Assembly (NCBI GenBank): GCA_013239625.1
Contig: MU054323.1
Span: forward strand, 4,194,214-4,258,213
Length of the DNA stretch: 64,000 nucleotides
Direction: 5' to 3'
Source of the DNA: Lama guanicoe
Taxonomy: Eukaryota
Part shown: positions 1 to 12,830 of the stretch, in pieces
Numbering within the stretch: the stretch's first letter is position 1
Layout: each line of letters opens with the position of its first letter
The notes under the pieces: generated by a model
What the model was told of the DNA's origin: nothing
Databases searched by the model: none
Seen by the model: only the letters and a program-made list of their open reading frames with translations
Translations under genes and position numbers: made by a program

Positions 1-1095
1 CTCCTAAAATCCTACCCATCTTTAAAGATCTTAAATCAAGTACAACCTCTGTGAAGCCATTCCTGATCTGAAAACTGAATGTGAACTTTCTTTTCGACAT
101 GGCAGTTCTGTTCTGCACTTTAAGGCCCTGGTTGCACACTGCTTTAGTGCACCCATCTCCTTAGAGACTACGGGTTTCTGAAAAGACAGTTGTTCCAGAA
201 GCCCGGATCTCTTGCGCTTTGGATCCATATATGCTCCTGCCTACTAGGTCTCTTCCCTTAGGAACTCTGCTGGGTGTCTTAACCTCAGTACAGCCAGAAC
301 TGAGCTCCTAACTCCCTCCCAAACTTGTGCCTCCCCTAGCGCTCCTCATCTCAGTGAAGGCTCTCCTACGCCCGTTTGCTCAAATCAGAAATACAGATGC
401 CATCACTGAGCCCTTTTTCTCCATCAGTTGTCACATCCGGTCATTTAATTCTACTGCATTTATTTCTTGAATACTTCTCAAATCTAAAACTTGATCTGTA
501 TTTTTATTGTAATTTCCCAAGTCCAAGTGGCCATCATTTGCTATCATGGCAGCCTTCCTTCTGATCGACCTCCAGACTTTAGGTTTGCCTCATCTAAACT
601 GACCCTCACTACCAGAGTCAGAGGGAGCCCTAAAAAAAAATGCAAACCTGACATGTCAGTCTCCTACTCAGAAAACTCTCCTGCTCAGGAATTGCCCTTA
701 GAATAAAATCTAAAGGAATGGTTTACATGCCTTTTCTTTGCGTGACTCTTTCATACCTGTCTAGCCGTATCTTTCAGCATTTCTCCCTTTTTCCCTTTAT
801 GCTTTGGCCATTCTAAACCCCATTCCATTCTTCCGAAAAGCAGTGGTCATTCTCACATGTTGTTTTCTTTATCTCCATGATACGCTGCGTCTGCCCCTCC
901 CCAGCATATACATTTTTGTCTGGCTACTCCTGTGCTGTCTCTCAGTTTAGATATAACTTCTGAGAAACTTTCTCTGACCTCACGAAGACTGGGTTGGTGC
1001 TCTTCAATTCCTCTTTAACTCTCTCTACCCTTCCCATCACAGTAAAATGTTAAGAGATTTTGCTTTAGTGTCCTATCTCCCTCGCTGTACTGATT
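1..1095 (+). mobile_element. L2 LINE fragments (old, 3' region)
   Basis: Pyrimidine-rich L2-like text such as 'gaactgagctcctaactccctcccaaacttgtgcctcccctagcgctcctcatctcagtgaagg' and 'aatcctacccatctttaaagatc...gaagccattcctga'. Boundaries approximate. Confidence 0.6.
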
Positions 1096-2879
1096 AGAAC
1101 ATATCCATTAAAACTGAATGTCCATGGAATTTTTTCTGCATTTTGTCTGGGGATTCATATAGTTATGAACCTCCATGGAGCCTAGTGCATGGAAGGCATA
1201 CTAAAAATTGTCCTTTTGCTTAGTTGAGAAGAAGACAGGCATTTCCAATCTAAAATGCTTGCACCTTGTCACACAGATTATTGGAGATATTCTCGAGTCT
1301 TTTAATTACCATAGTTTTTTGTTTATTGTTGTTAAATTAATACTGTCTTGATGGCAAGCAAGGGTTAATAGCTATTTAAAAAAGACCCAGGGAAAGTAGG
1401 AAAGAACATGTCTGTGTTCACGATGACATTAATTTATGAGAAAGGGTTGGAGGAACAAGCCAATCAAATACTGGATGCCAAATTACCATATATCATGCAA
1501 TTTACGAGGCAGTCAAAAGTGTTATTAAATTGGAGACCAGAACAACCTTCTTAATTCATCCTTATGACAGTGATTGTAATGACTCTAAGAACCTGGTTTA
1601 ACCTGAGTTCATTTTATGAAAGGTCTTTCATTTTTAAGCATTACATTTATTGAATTTACAAGAAAGCTTGTCTTAAAATGTATACAGTTACTGCCTAATA
1701 AAAATGCCTCAATAATAAATCCATATTCAATACCTGGGTCAACATCAGCATCCATGGGGGGCATGCAGTGGATTCTGGTTTTCAAAAATCTGGTATCAAT
1801 GTGTTTTTCTCTTTATCTCTATAAAGCAAAATAATTAATCTTCAGATTTCACTATAGTAATCTTGCCTACCCCCCCCCCCCGTTTTATGCTCCCATGGCC
1901 TCAGTTTCCCTCACCAGAACCTAATTTTTCTATTCTGGTAACTCTGGAGGAGTCAGTCTGCTGGCCAGCAGTGAGCCCCTCCTTAGTCGTTTTGCTTTGC
2001 AGGTGAAGCCAGCACCCGTAAACCCAAGAGGAGCCCTGATTAAGGATGAGGGTATGTTCTTATGACTGTTATGGGTCTCACTGATCCTTGGCTTTGTGGA
2101 CTCAAATGAAAACCGCAAGTACAGCATTGGCTCCATTTGTGGTCTTGGCTCCGAAGGTGCTGGGACAGTGTTGGATGCAGGAAGCTTGCATGGCTCCTTA
2201 TCCCTGCCTGCAGCCCCCAGTTCTAAGCACAAAATGGATGCTCAATAGCTCTAGTGCATTATTAAAAAATACTTTTATTTATGCAATTTTTTCATTTCTT
2301 GACTTTCATAATCCATTATTTTATGCCGTCAGTTCAAGACTGATGCAGATAAGGACCCACCTCTGGTGCTTTTTCCCCTGGGGCTGCCCTGCCCAGGGCA
2401 TTGCTGTTCTTTGTTAAAGTCATGGGGGCAAGATGTGCTCTGCTAAATCTTATGTGTTCTGTGTTCTCTGACCTTGGGTTTTACAGCAGCCGGCTCCCTT
2501 GGTGGCTGCTGATCAGCCTGTGGTGGTAGAGTTTCTGTCACTGTGCTGGGGTGGCTCTTAGTCTTCTGCAGAAGCTAGGCACCCTGGAGAACAAAGTAGC
2601 TTCTAGAATCTCAGATGAGCCTCTTTCCTAAAAGAACACATTTATAAGGGCTCTTAAACTGGGGCCTGGGCTCTAAGAGGGCCTGGTACCAACTGGTTTA
2701 GATTTTGGCCATGTAATCTTGAAATGATTAAACACAGAGGGCCCCGCATGTGCCTCAGACCACACTTAATAATGGCCAGTACCCTTTCCTACCATTCTTT
2801 CACCCTGATTCTGGGTCCACTTTTATCCCTTTAGTGATGCTACCTGGCTTTTGGTTGGAGGGATGGGGGAAGCAAGGAA

Positions 2880-3330
2880 TTAAAAAGAGTCTAAAATTGT
2901 GATGTCTGAGCTGACCTTGAAAAGTGAATGTGAATTATTTATACAAACAAGATTAGAAAGATGTTTTGGGGAGAAGCAACAACTTAAAACAAGACAAGGA
3001 TAAGAAATAATAAGGAATACATGGAAAATTCCATGGAAATCAGTGTGAGGCAGGAGTGGCTAGAATTGAGGGTAGAGAGTTATGGCTAAATTATTGGGGA
3101 CCTGCCAGATGGTGCTAAAGATGATAGACTTTGTTCTGAAGTTAATGAGGAGACATTGGAGCATTTTAAGTGGTGTTAGGTAGTATGATCAGCTCTTCAT
3201 TTCTGAAAGATCATTCACTGGCTGCAATGTGGAGGATAGATTTGAAAGCAAGAGTCTGAGGAATTAGTTTAGGAAGCTGATGTAGAAAAGTTAAGAGACA
3301 CTGGGGCCTGAGCTAGAGCTGTGGGATAGA
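2880..3330 (-). mobile_element. L2 LINE fragment
   Basis: Purine-rich antisense L2 signature 'ggagacattggagcattttaag...atgatcag...aaagatcattcactggctgcaatgtggaggatagatttga'. Confidence 0.6.
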
Positions 3331-3899
3331 GAGGAAGAGATGCTGCTCCCGCTCCCCACACAACTCCTCTACACTGTAATTCTTCATTGCTACTGAGGTG
3401 CTTGTGATTCCGTTGCAAGCTGTCTCCCTCCCCACCCCTCACATCTTCAACGGCGACCAAAGCTTTGTGATGAAAGGTCAACCTCAATGTGGGCATGTCA
3501 GGAATCAATGAGTAGAGCAGCAGTTTCAGGAGAGCACAGGCCTTTTAGGGTCCCTAATGTCATACCATTTTGCTGGCTGTCCTGATTGTATGTTCATAAA
3601 AGCTTTCATGCTCTGATCCAGGGTGACTTTCAGGGACTGACCTGTGGGTGCTCTGTCTCTCTGCTTCACCCCGAGCTGCTCACCCAGCGCGTCCAACGTC
3701 TCCAGCCAGACTTACAGCACATAGAGAGGCATCAAGGGGCTGCTAGAATTTAGTCTAAGATGTTCCTTAAGCAGAATGGATGCCCAGTATTGTTCTCTGC
3801 TTTCACTAGCAGGGGTTGGGGACCTTTTTAAAATTTGCTTGTCATGTAGCCACATGTTTCGAGCCATTACTTTGACTCTTCCTAATATTTTAGAATCTA

Positions 3900-4215
3900 T
3901 GACCAGTGATTTCTTCTTATACCCAAATGTGAAAATATAAGACTATCCTTGCTAATGTCCAGCATGTGCTTGAAAATGTCCATCAACAGGGAAATGTCTA
4001 TCTTTAATGGAAGAACTTCCTGCATTAGGATAATCTGTTTCTACTTACATTGTTAAAAAATCTATGTCTTTATACTTTCCATACATTGAATTTTATTCTA
4101 TTTTCTGAACCTACTATAACATGACCAAATTGAGGATATTCATTGTAAACCTTCATGTCTTGCAGAGTGTTCTACTTTTCAGGGTAAACATCTTCCATAC
4201 CTGGGATTATTTCCC
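3900..4215 (-). mobile_element. L3/CR1 LINE 3' fragment (highly decayed)
   Basis: 'ctacttttcagggtaaacatcttccatacc' resembles the antisense L3 motif 'ctcttctccaggctaaacatccccagttcc'. Confidence 0.35.
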
Positions 4216-4469
4216 AAATTATGTGGTTTCTAATACCACTTCCATTTTCACTTTTCTTTGATACACTTCTTGTTTAGTGTGGGCCCACAGCTGACTCGAG
4301 GTAGAGCAATTAGCATTCTTATAAATAATTGGGGAAACCTGGTGGAGATCATTTGACGGTGATCTGAGGGCAAAGCTCTGAGGGAAGGAAGCACAGGATA
4401 AGAGCTGGGGAGGCGTTAACATTCAGAACTCTCTCCCACTGAGGATAGGCTTCTGCAATGTAGCAGCGT

Positions 4470-4800
4470 AGGGAGAGAGCAGGTCCGTGGTCAAATGCAG
4501 GCTGCCATCCCTCCAGCTTTGTAACTTGTTTGGTAAGGGGCAGTCAAATATGAAGCCTGAACGGAAGCTCCTGATGGATGTGACTTGGGTTACGGTATCA
4601 TCCCTGAGCCAATCATTGTGACTTGAGGGTTGGGCTATCGCATTGGGTGACACCTGTGTTGTCAGACTTTCCTGTAAGTGGGGAGAGGGGGAAGCACTAC
4701 GGTCAGGAGTAGGGGAGAGGCAGTCCTCCAGAGGCAGAGGAGAGGCCTCCAGAAGAAGGGGGAAAGGATGTCTGGTAGTTAAAACCCACTGATGTTCTCC
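4470..4800 (-). mobile_element. Old MaLR LTR (MLT1J/K/L-like)
   Basis: 'cttgggttacggtatcatccctgagccaatcattgtgacttgagggttgggctatcgcattgg' matches the recalled MLT1J/K core 'cttgggtcacgtgcccatccctgaaccaatcactgtggcc...ctgattgg'. Confidence 0.55.
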
Positions 4801-6369
4801 GCAGAGGCTGAGGAAGAAACAGAGGTGGAGAGAATGACTGAAGGGAGTGCAGCATACACTTATTCTTAAACTTCACAGTGTAGCCAAAGTCACTGGAAGA
4901 GCCTGGTTGTGAATGCCAGAGGTCTGTGCCCTTAAAACTTTCACTCCCCTGCTTTGAGAGTGGCATCCATACAGCACCAGGATGTGTTTCTTGAGTCAGC
5001 GTGTGTAAAAGCAGGCCCCTGGGAGCCTGAGGTTTTGTCCAGGTTAGGCAGTGGGGCATTCCGGCTCCGACTGCCATCGCCCAGGTGATTCCCGTTCTCC
5101 CTCCTTGAGTTATGGAATCACAGCGTAAAGATTATGTCAGCAGGCTTCTGAGATGATGCTCAGCACATATTTCTAGACAGAAGCTGAGAAGAGAGGCCAT
5201 GACCTGGTCCTGGCTCTGGGACCCTGGATTTTCACCCACTCTGAAAAATTCTCCTTGACTTCAGTTCACCTTAACACACCTGAAGTTTGACCTTATAATT
5301 CAATGAATAGCCCCTTCAAGACAATCTTAATAAGCAATTGCAGCCCAAATATCACCCTTATGTGATGTTTTGGAAAGTTGTTTCAGCCTCTTTAAGCTTA
5401 ACGCCTGCCTGTACTTTATCGTAATGATTCTCTCAACACCTCAGCTCTCCAGAGCATTTGTACATTGTAAGTACCTTCTGTTTGCTGCTTAAGCTATTTA
5501 TTAATCACATTCTTTCCTGTTCAGCCCCAACCAGGGGAAATGACAATTTCCAGCATTTCTCATTTACCTACTATAAATTGGCCCAATTATTATATGATCT
5601 TATAGACTATTCCTTGGGGTGTTGCACCCACTCCAGCATTGTAATTGGTTTGCTAAAAAGGAAAAAGGAAAAAAAAAAGAAGAAACCTGGGTCCTCATGC
5701 TGTGCTCTGGGGTTTTGTTGGATCCCAAGTTTTCTCTTAAATGGTTAAAGGAGTTTTAGGTGTATATCATCATTGCAGCAATCACATTTAATGAACACAT
5801 AAATGCTCACTGCAGTTTTAGTGAGAATATCCCATTTTTGACATTTATAAACCTGGAAATGGAGGCTCTTTCTCTGTCTTCCCACGCAGGGTAGGCTGTG
5901 GGATTGAAAATCTAAATTGGATGCCGTAACCATTCACTAAAGATTGGAAAATGTTCCCCTCACAATCAGGGCACACGAGCATCATTTATTTTGTCTTTCT
6001 GGAAATTCCTCCGAGGTGGCTTGATGTTTGCCCAATATCCCTGCCTCCTCCACAGAAGGAGAAGCCATTTTTCAAGCTTCATCATTTGGAATGTTGAGGG
6101 AACACAGTGCCCTTATGAGATGCCGGAGGCTGAGTTTCAGGGACACGTGGAAGCAGAGCAGGGGAGGAGAGTGTGGGTGTAAAACTGTATCAAGCAGGTG
6201 ATTCCCTGGTTTATGTCCTGGAGTGGTCCTTACCTCTGAGGATTCCACAAACTGGCACACTGTGCCCGTTGTCTTTGGGACCTGGATTTTATATCATTGG
6301 GCTATTTTTGGAAAAGCAAAATTACAAGTTGGAGATGGTATTATGTGAGATGGTTAAGGAAGCCTTCCA

Positions 6370-6640
6370 CTTGTCTCATGAACATTTCCAGCTTCCTTCA
6401 AGACTCAGTTCAGGTTTTGTGCTGTCCTGAAAGTCATTTCTGAACTGCAGGCTGAATTAGTGACCCAGATCTAAGCTTCAGCACCGTATGCCTCCTAACA
6501 CTCATGTTATTGCATTAAATGATCTGCTCATGTCTGACTTCCTTTCCAAGGCAGGGACTCTGTCTTGTTACCCTGCACGTCCCTGACACACAGTATGGGG
6601 CCTAATGCCATAATACATGGGCAAGTAATAAGCCTAGTGC
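6370..6640 (+). mobile_element. L2 LINE 3' end
   Basis: 'tccttcaagactcagttcagg...tccaaggcagggactctgtcttgtt...cctgacacacagt' is typical of the L2 3' terminus. Confidence 0.5.
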
Positions 6641-7746
6641 TTGGAATCTGACATGGGCTCAGGGCGTACTATCCAGGTGAGCCCTCTCATCAGAAATACA
6701 ATAAAGTTTTCATAGTCATAGACTACATGGGGCAGAAGGTGAAGGATAGTTTCAAGTGATATTTTCCTTCTGGGGTTTTAGTAAGGAATGCAAAAAAGAG
6801 GGAACTGCTATTTTGGGGCATGGGCTTAGCCTGCTGCATTTGTTCAGGGGGCAGCCATAGCACCAGCAGGGGTGTGCACTGGGTTTATGGAAGCAGAAAG
6901 GTCTCCTGGATGGGGTAAGAGGAAGGCAGATTGGTGCCAGGGGTCCTAGGCGAAACCTCCCTCCTCAGCAGTGAAAGAGCTGTTGCTCACAGGTGACGTT
7001 GGTGGCCCATTTGTAATCTGCGGGAGCTTTGCTGCTTCCCCAGGTTATTTGGGGGCATCCCTTTAATCTTAATGTTGGAATGGGTTTCTTAGAGAGACAG
7101 CCCCATAGTCATTGCCTCCTGTATTGGATCTTGTGATCTCCTGGGCATTGCTATACATGTGGAGATATGGGTAACTGGCTGACCCTCTAAGGCCCCAATG
7201 CCGGGGTTAGAATGTTGTCTTTTCCTTAAAGTTGCCGCTGTAATTAGCCTCATCTGTTAAATGTACTCTGTCATCCTTCACTGCCGTGCACTTAATTATG
7301 CATTGTGAAAGGGTTTAAATAACAACTTTTACTTCTAAAAACCTTCTCCAAGTCCTCCAGCATTACTAATAGAAATCCCAAAGAGTAAAGCCTATATTAA
7401 AATAGAAAATAAAAAATGCATAAACTGTACCAAGCCAATGTGATGAAAATCTTGCCAAAAAACATAAAAAGCATATGCATAATATTTTATTAAACTTAAG
7501 AAACACACATAAATTCCTCTGTGGTATCCAACTATATTAGTAGTAGACATACTGTAAAACTCAGTTACTCAACCGTTATAAAAGACAGCACAGACCAAGA
7601 AAATACTGCCATTTTAAAGGGCATATTTCAAAATGAGAGAAAAAAGACATTTACCATGCAATTGCAACTGGGAAAATGACAGTGATATACTCAACAGCCA
7701 CGAGTCATTTCTGGGCAGCTCCAGATCTAATGGCAACAGTGGGTGC

Positions 7747-8122
7747 TGTCTTACTCAGAGTTTTCTAGAGATACAGAACCAATGATCTACATTTGCATCT
7801 ATATCCCCCATATGTGTATCTATATCTAAGTCTCATTGTATATGTATATAAATGTATATAGATTATATGTGTGTATATATATTAGAAATTATATACAGCA
7901 TATGGTTAGTTAGTAAGTAAGTAAGTAAGTAAATAAATAAATAAATAAAGGAATTGGCTCACGTGATTGTGGAGGCTGAGAAGTCCCAAGACTGCAATTG
8001 GCAAGTTGGAGACCTAGGAGAGCCAATGGTGTAAGTTCTAGTCCAAGTCTGAGTCTGAGTTTGAAGTCAGGAGGAGACTGATGTGCTGACTTGAAGACAG
8101 TCAGGCAGAGAGAAAATTCTCT
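7747..8122 (-). mobile_element. MLT2 (ERV-L) LTR fragment with internal TA-rich and (TAAG)n(TAAA)n microsatellites
   Basis: 'tgtcttactcagagttttctagagatacagaacc...aaggaattggctcacgtgattgtggaggctgagaagtcccaag...gcaagttggagacctaggagagcc' is the characteristic antisense MLT2 sequence. Confidence 0.8.
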
Positions 8123-8217
8123 AGATGACTTAGGTGACAAAATGGCATTTGTATAACAGAACTCTGCTAGGATGGAGTAAAGGGAACCGGAAAACCAGCA
8201 ACTGTATTCTCATGAAT

Positions 8218-8526
8218 CAGGGCACGTTTCTTGAACTTGGGTGCCCATCGCCCTGGGGATATGCAAAGATACAGAACAAACATGGCATTTTTTTGAAGCA
8301 CCAATTCTGTCTGATATTTTGGGGAAAATTTCTTTATATTAATCCAACAGATGCTTCACTGAGAAGAATACAGAATTCACAACAATTAGAAAAATTCCAC
8401 CATGTGAGTTCAAGGAAATTCCATGCTCAGTATCACCTGCTATGGGTTATAGCCCCTTACCTTGGGGTATGTGAATACCCTCTTCTGTAATTAAAGAGAT
8501 TTAGCTGGAAAAGTTTGAGAGCTCTG
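8218..8526. mobile_element. Possible hAT/Charlie-type MITE
   Basis: Left end 'cagggcacgtttcttgaacttgggtgc' and right end 'aaaagtttgagagctctg' resemble decayed hAT terminal inverted repeats. Confidence 0.35.
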
Positions 8527-8529
8527 GCA

Positions 8530-8705
8530 AAGACCATTTGCAGGTAAGAGGCTTGGTTTCTAGACTGAAACATGTTGTTGATTTGCTGTATGACTCTGAG
8601 CAATATATCTGTTCTCTCTTTACCTGCACCTCACCTATAAAGCTGAAATAAAGCTTTATTTGTCTGGATGCTTCAGGCTGAACCAAATGATCTCTGGAAC
8701 ATCTT
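8530..8705 (+). mobile_element. MIR SINE
   Basis: 'ggcttggtttctagact...atttgctgtatgactctgagcaa...tttacctgcacctcacctataaag' is MIR core-like. Confidence 0.5.
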
Positions 8706-9769
8706 GGCATTCTTGGCTCTTTAATTTTCACGGGGCTTAAGAAGAGGGAAGAACTCTCAGAGCATTTGGGATGTGGTCCATTTTCTGCTCCATTCAAACA
8801 AGTGTTTTGATTGTCCTCTTTGGGATCCCCCGAAAGAAGCAGAAACTCACTGCTGATGCAGAGTACTTCCCTATCTCCCTCGTCATGATACACACATTTC
8901 TGTCTCATTGGGAAAGAGTGATGGCAACCACCTAGCAGGTGACAAGCTCCAGTCAGCCTAGTGGGGGTAGCTGTGGGACACACGCCTTATTAAACTTAGC
9001 CCATGACAGATTGAAGTGCTGTGAACACTTGCTAAATGGTTTGGCAAAGGCACAGATTCTTTTGCCAAGGGAAGTCTAGAAACTACAAATCTCAAATCCA
9101 TTATAGAACAACTTTATACTGAAGACTTAGCTGCTTTGCAGATTTCTAAAAAGTTCTAAAAACACTGACAGGTTTTTTTTGTTTTTTTGTTTTTTTTAGA
9201 TATTTGCACAGAAAATGGATCCTTTTTGTGATTCCAAGTCGTTTCTGTTTTGGGGAAATCACATGTGAGTGTAAATTCAGTAAAATGTAGGAAAAAAATA
9301 TTTGGGCTCTTTGGGATAATCTATTTGTGAATGCAGCTGGCAGTTTGCCCCTGAGTTGTTGAACTGTAGGAGAACCCATAGGAGGGATCAGCTCTGTAGA
9401 CTTTTGTTTGTAGGGAAGAAAAAGATGGGATACTGACTTTCCATCTGTAGCTGTGCCAATGTCTTTTCCCCTAAGGTGGTGAAGTGAAGGTCCCATCTTT
9501 TCTTCCCCAAGAGCTCAACATTCTCTGCACTCCTGTATTCTAGGCCAAGTCGTTATTTACTTCTGGTCCCAACTCCAGGCATTGTCATCAGTGACCCAGG
9601 TACACTGGGTCTTTGCCTTGACTGAAACCCTCTGCATTTATTCACTTGTATATTCAGTAAATATGTTTGAGCACATACCATGGATTTTGAAAACCTAACT
9701 CTTCCCTTTTACTCCTTTTTTAACATACCTACTGGTGTCTAGTGGTCTGAGAACCAGGAAGTGTTCAGT

Positions 9770-9990
9770 TTCCTGAGACCCTACTGCATGTCACCTCATG
9801 ACACCCAATGCTTCTGCTGTAATAGCAGTTACACTGCATTGTAGCTTCTTATTTAATTCTGTCACCCCTGCTAGACAGGAAGCTCTATGAGGGCAACGAT
9901 GGTATCTCCCTTCTTCATTGTTGTATCCCTAAAGCTTACACGCATGTCTGTGTACCTAAGAAGCACCCAACAAATACTTACTGATTAAAA
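9770..9990 (+). mobile_element. L2 LINE 3' end
   Basis: 'cccctgctagacaggaagctctatgagggca...ttcattgttgtatccct...gaagcacccaacaaatacttactgatt' is the L2 3' terminus. Confidence 0.65.
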
Positions 9991-10146
9991 ATATACTTTA
10001 TTTCCTTTGACTTCCTGATCGATTCCAGGAAAGGTAAAGCAGGGTTCTCCAATGATACTCATCCCTTGTTCCTTGACTCCCCAGTATCTTTTAGACTCAG
10101 TGTAAGTCAGAGACCCACTGAGAATATATGTGTATTTGGCTACTAC

Positions 10147-10176
10147 CAGGGAACTAATTTCAGGGAACTAATTTCA
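10147..10176. repeat. Perfect 14-bp tandem duplication (cagggaactaattt)x2
   Basis: Read directly: cagggaactaattt cagggaactaattt ca. Confidence 0.9.
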
Positions 10177-10789
10177 CTTCAAATGACAGTGAGACAGAAA
10201 GAAAATATAACTTAGAACTGTGTTGTTCTGGGCCTCAGTAAATAACAATCCAAAGGCTTTAATATTTTAGTGAAATAGCATCATTTCCAAGAAAGTTAGA
10301 GCCATTAATCAAATTCTAGAGTAAAAGCCAAATATTTTTTGCTGTTTCTTTTTCATTTTCACACTTTTCATTCAGATGATAGTAGATTTGGTAGGATGAG
10401 AAAGAATAATAAATACACAAAACAACAATTTTGTTCTAATGAATTCTTACTTAAGCCCGTGGTTTATTCCAGAATGATATGGTACCATCATCTTCCTGTG
10501 GAATATGGAAATGTATAGTCAAAGCAACCAACTTTGCCTTTAGCAAATTCTCGTGGCCTCATGAAAACATAAATAATGCAGTTTAAACTGTTTTGTCTAT
10601 AAATACAGAATTGTTAGAAGCAAAATATATGGCATATACATTTTAATGGGTGATTCACTGACAATTGTGATTGTTTGAAAATGTAGCTGAATTTGGGGAA
10701 ATAATGAAAACTGTAGGACTTGAGAAAAAATTTGTGAACCATACAGCACTTGTATAATGATTATTGAAATGCTTCCTCTTTTTCTCTGT

Positions 10790-12830
10790 GCACAAGGCCC
10801 AATGGATGCAAAGTTGAATAGACAGTTTCTTCCCTTAAAGGCCATTGTCTCAGTGGGAGACAAACACATAAACTTGGAATTACAGAGCCCTGTGCTCTGA
10901 GAAAGTTTTAGGCAGAATATTGAGGGAGCGCAAGAGAGAGAACTAACTAGACTCATACGAGAGCTGACATCTAAGCCACATCTTCCAAGCTGAGTTGGGA
11001 GTCTCCAGGTAGAAAGGAGGGGACAGTATACTTTAAAGTAGAAAGCAAACACTATGCAGACATTAAGATATCAAAGAGCTTGGTGTATTGAGGAATGTTT
11101 AGGAGTATGTTGTGGCTAAAGAGGAGCAGTGATCTCATGAAAATATGAACAATGCAGTTTACAAGAGGGATAGAAGATGAAGTGAGAAAGATGGGTTGCT
11201 GTGAGTTATGAAGGAGCCTGGGTGCCAGGGTCAGGGTGGAAGTGCACAGACAATAAGAACAAAGGGAGGATTGGGAGAATATCATGTGGAGATAGCAATG
11301 CTAAGACATTGCCATTCCAACTCAGATAACAAGACCTTTTATAATGCTAAATTAAAGTAGCATTTGTGAAAGACAAGGGCCAGTTATCCTAATTAGGGGC
11401 CAGGAAAGGCTTTCTGAAGGAGCCTGTACATGAAGCATAGACAGAAAGAGCCAGGGGAAACAAGAAGGGAGTAAACTATTCCAGGAAGAAGGACCATCTT
11501 GTAGAAAGTGATGAATTAGGGAGGGGAAAAGGGAGAGAACAGGAGGGGAGGAGAGGGAAAGTAAAGAATGAGAAAAGGGAAGGGAAGGGAGGGAAGGAGA
11601 GGAGAGGGGAGGAGAGAGGAGGATATGGGAGGGGAGGAGAGAGGAGGATATGGGAGGGGAGAAGGGAAGAGGAGGAGAGGAGATATATTTCCAGAACTGA
11701 AAGTCCTTGAGTATAGGTGTAGGGTGGAAGCAGAAGTTAGTGAAGGGGAGTTGGAGGAGAGGACTTTTGAGATGAAAGCAGTGGCCACACCAAGCAGGTC
11801 CTTGTAAGCAATCTCAGGATAGGGGAACTTCTGAAATATTGAAAACAGGGCGATGATGTGATCAGGTTTGCAGTTAAGGAAAGTTACTCTAGAGAATTGA
11901 TTGGAGAATCTTTGGGATCAATTAGCTGTTTCAGTAGTTTAGAAAAGAGGTGATGATAGTCCAAATTAGGATATTTATTGGCAAGAGAGTTGAAAATATT
12001 GTCAAGAAAGAAACTAAATGAGTTTAAACTCTTTAAGAAAGAAAGTGAAGAGGAGAAGGAGACCATATCGACTTAGAGGTGCTGGTGTGAACGGACTGAA
12101 AAGCTCCATGGGATTGAAGATTGGTTGTGGGAAGTGTGGGAGGGATCACTTGTAAGAATGTGGTGCTCAGAAGGCAGTGTCTAATTTATTTTTCATTTTA
12201 CAAGTGGAATGGTTATTGGCAATAATAAACTGCCCATGATGTAGAATGGGGAAGAGAAATGGAGGAAGCCAGCGGAGGGGACACAGACTGAGTGAATGCA
12301 CTGCTGGAAGGCCACCCAGGTGGGCCTGGGAGAGTTCTAGGTAGAGGCGAGAACAGCGGGCCATCTGCTACAGCCTCTGTTGACTGAGGCATGATGTGGG
12401 AGTGGATGGATGATGATGATGAGGGGCATAAAGTGGTCCATAAACAGAATGACACAAATCTAAAAGGAGCAGAGGGCTTTTGCAAGAAAACAGTGGAGAA
12501 ATAGTCCAGAAATAAAATTGAGCAGTTAGCAGAGGATGTGCAAGAATGATTTGTCTCAAATTGAGAGGGAAGCAGGAGTGATTCCCCAGGATAAAGCCAC
12601 ATTTTAAATAAGGCAAGAGGGGAAAGGAGCTGTTGTTGGAAAGACCTAGACCATGTGGAGCTGGACTGGCGTCTGGAGAATGCAGATTTAGGAAAGAAAG
12701 GGGTAGCTGCAGACTGACTGGGTAACTGAATTTAATGTGGATAGAAGGCGTGTGGGTTTTGATGGCTGTAGGGTTTCTAAAACTGCTGGAAGGAGAGGGT
12801 TGCTCAAGTTTTTAGAGAGGATTAGCCGTG
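10790..12830 (-). mobile_element. L2 LINE fragments (long, decayed)
   Basis: Antisense L2 motifs: 'gaatagacagtttcttcccttaaaggccattgtctcagtgggagacaaacaca', 'caggaaaggctttctgaaggag', 'ttccaggaagaaggacca', 'gatgtgatcaggtttgcagtt'. Confidence 0.55.
11517..11681. repeat. Purine-rich low-complexity tract (GGAGA/GGGAA repeats)
   Basis: About 165 nt almost entirely G/A on the + strand, including a repeated 'ggaggagagaggaggatatgggagggga' unit. Confidence 0.9.

Noticed and set aside
6070..6110. 'FIIWNVEG' resembling the APE-endonuclease N-terminal motif
   Set aside because: No downstream QE, GDFN or SDH motifs; chance similarity.
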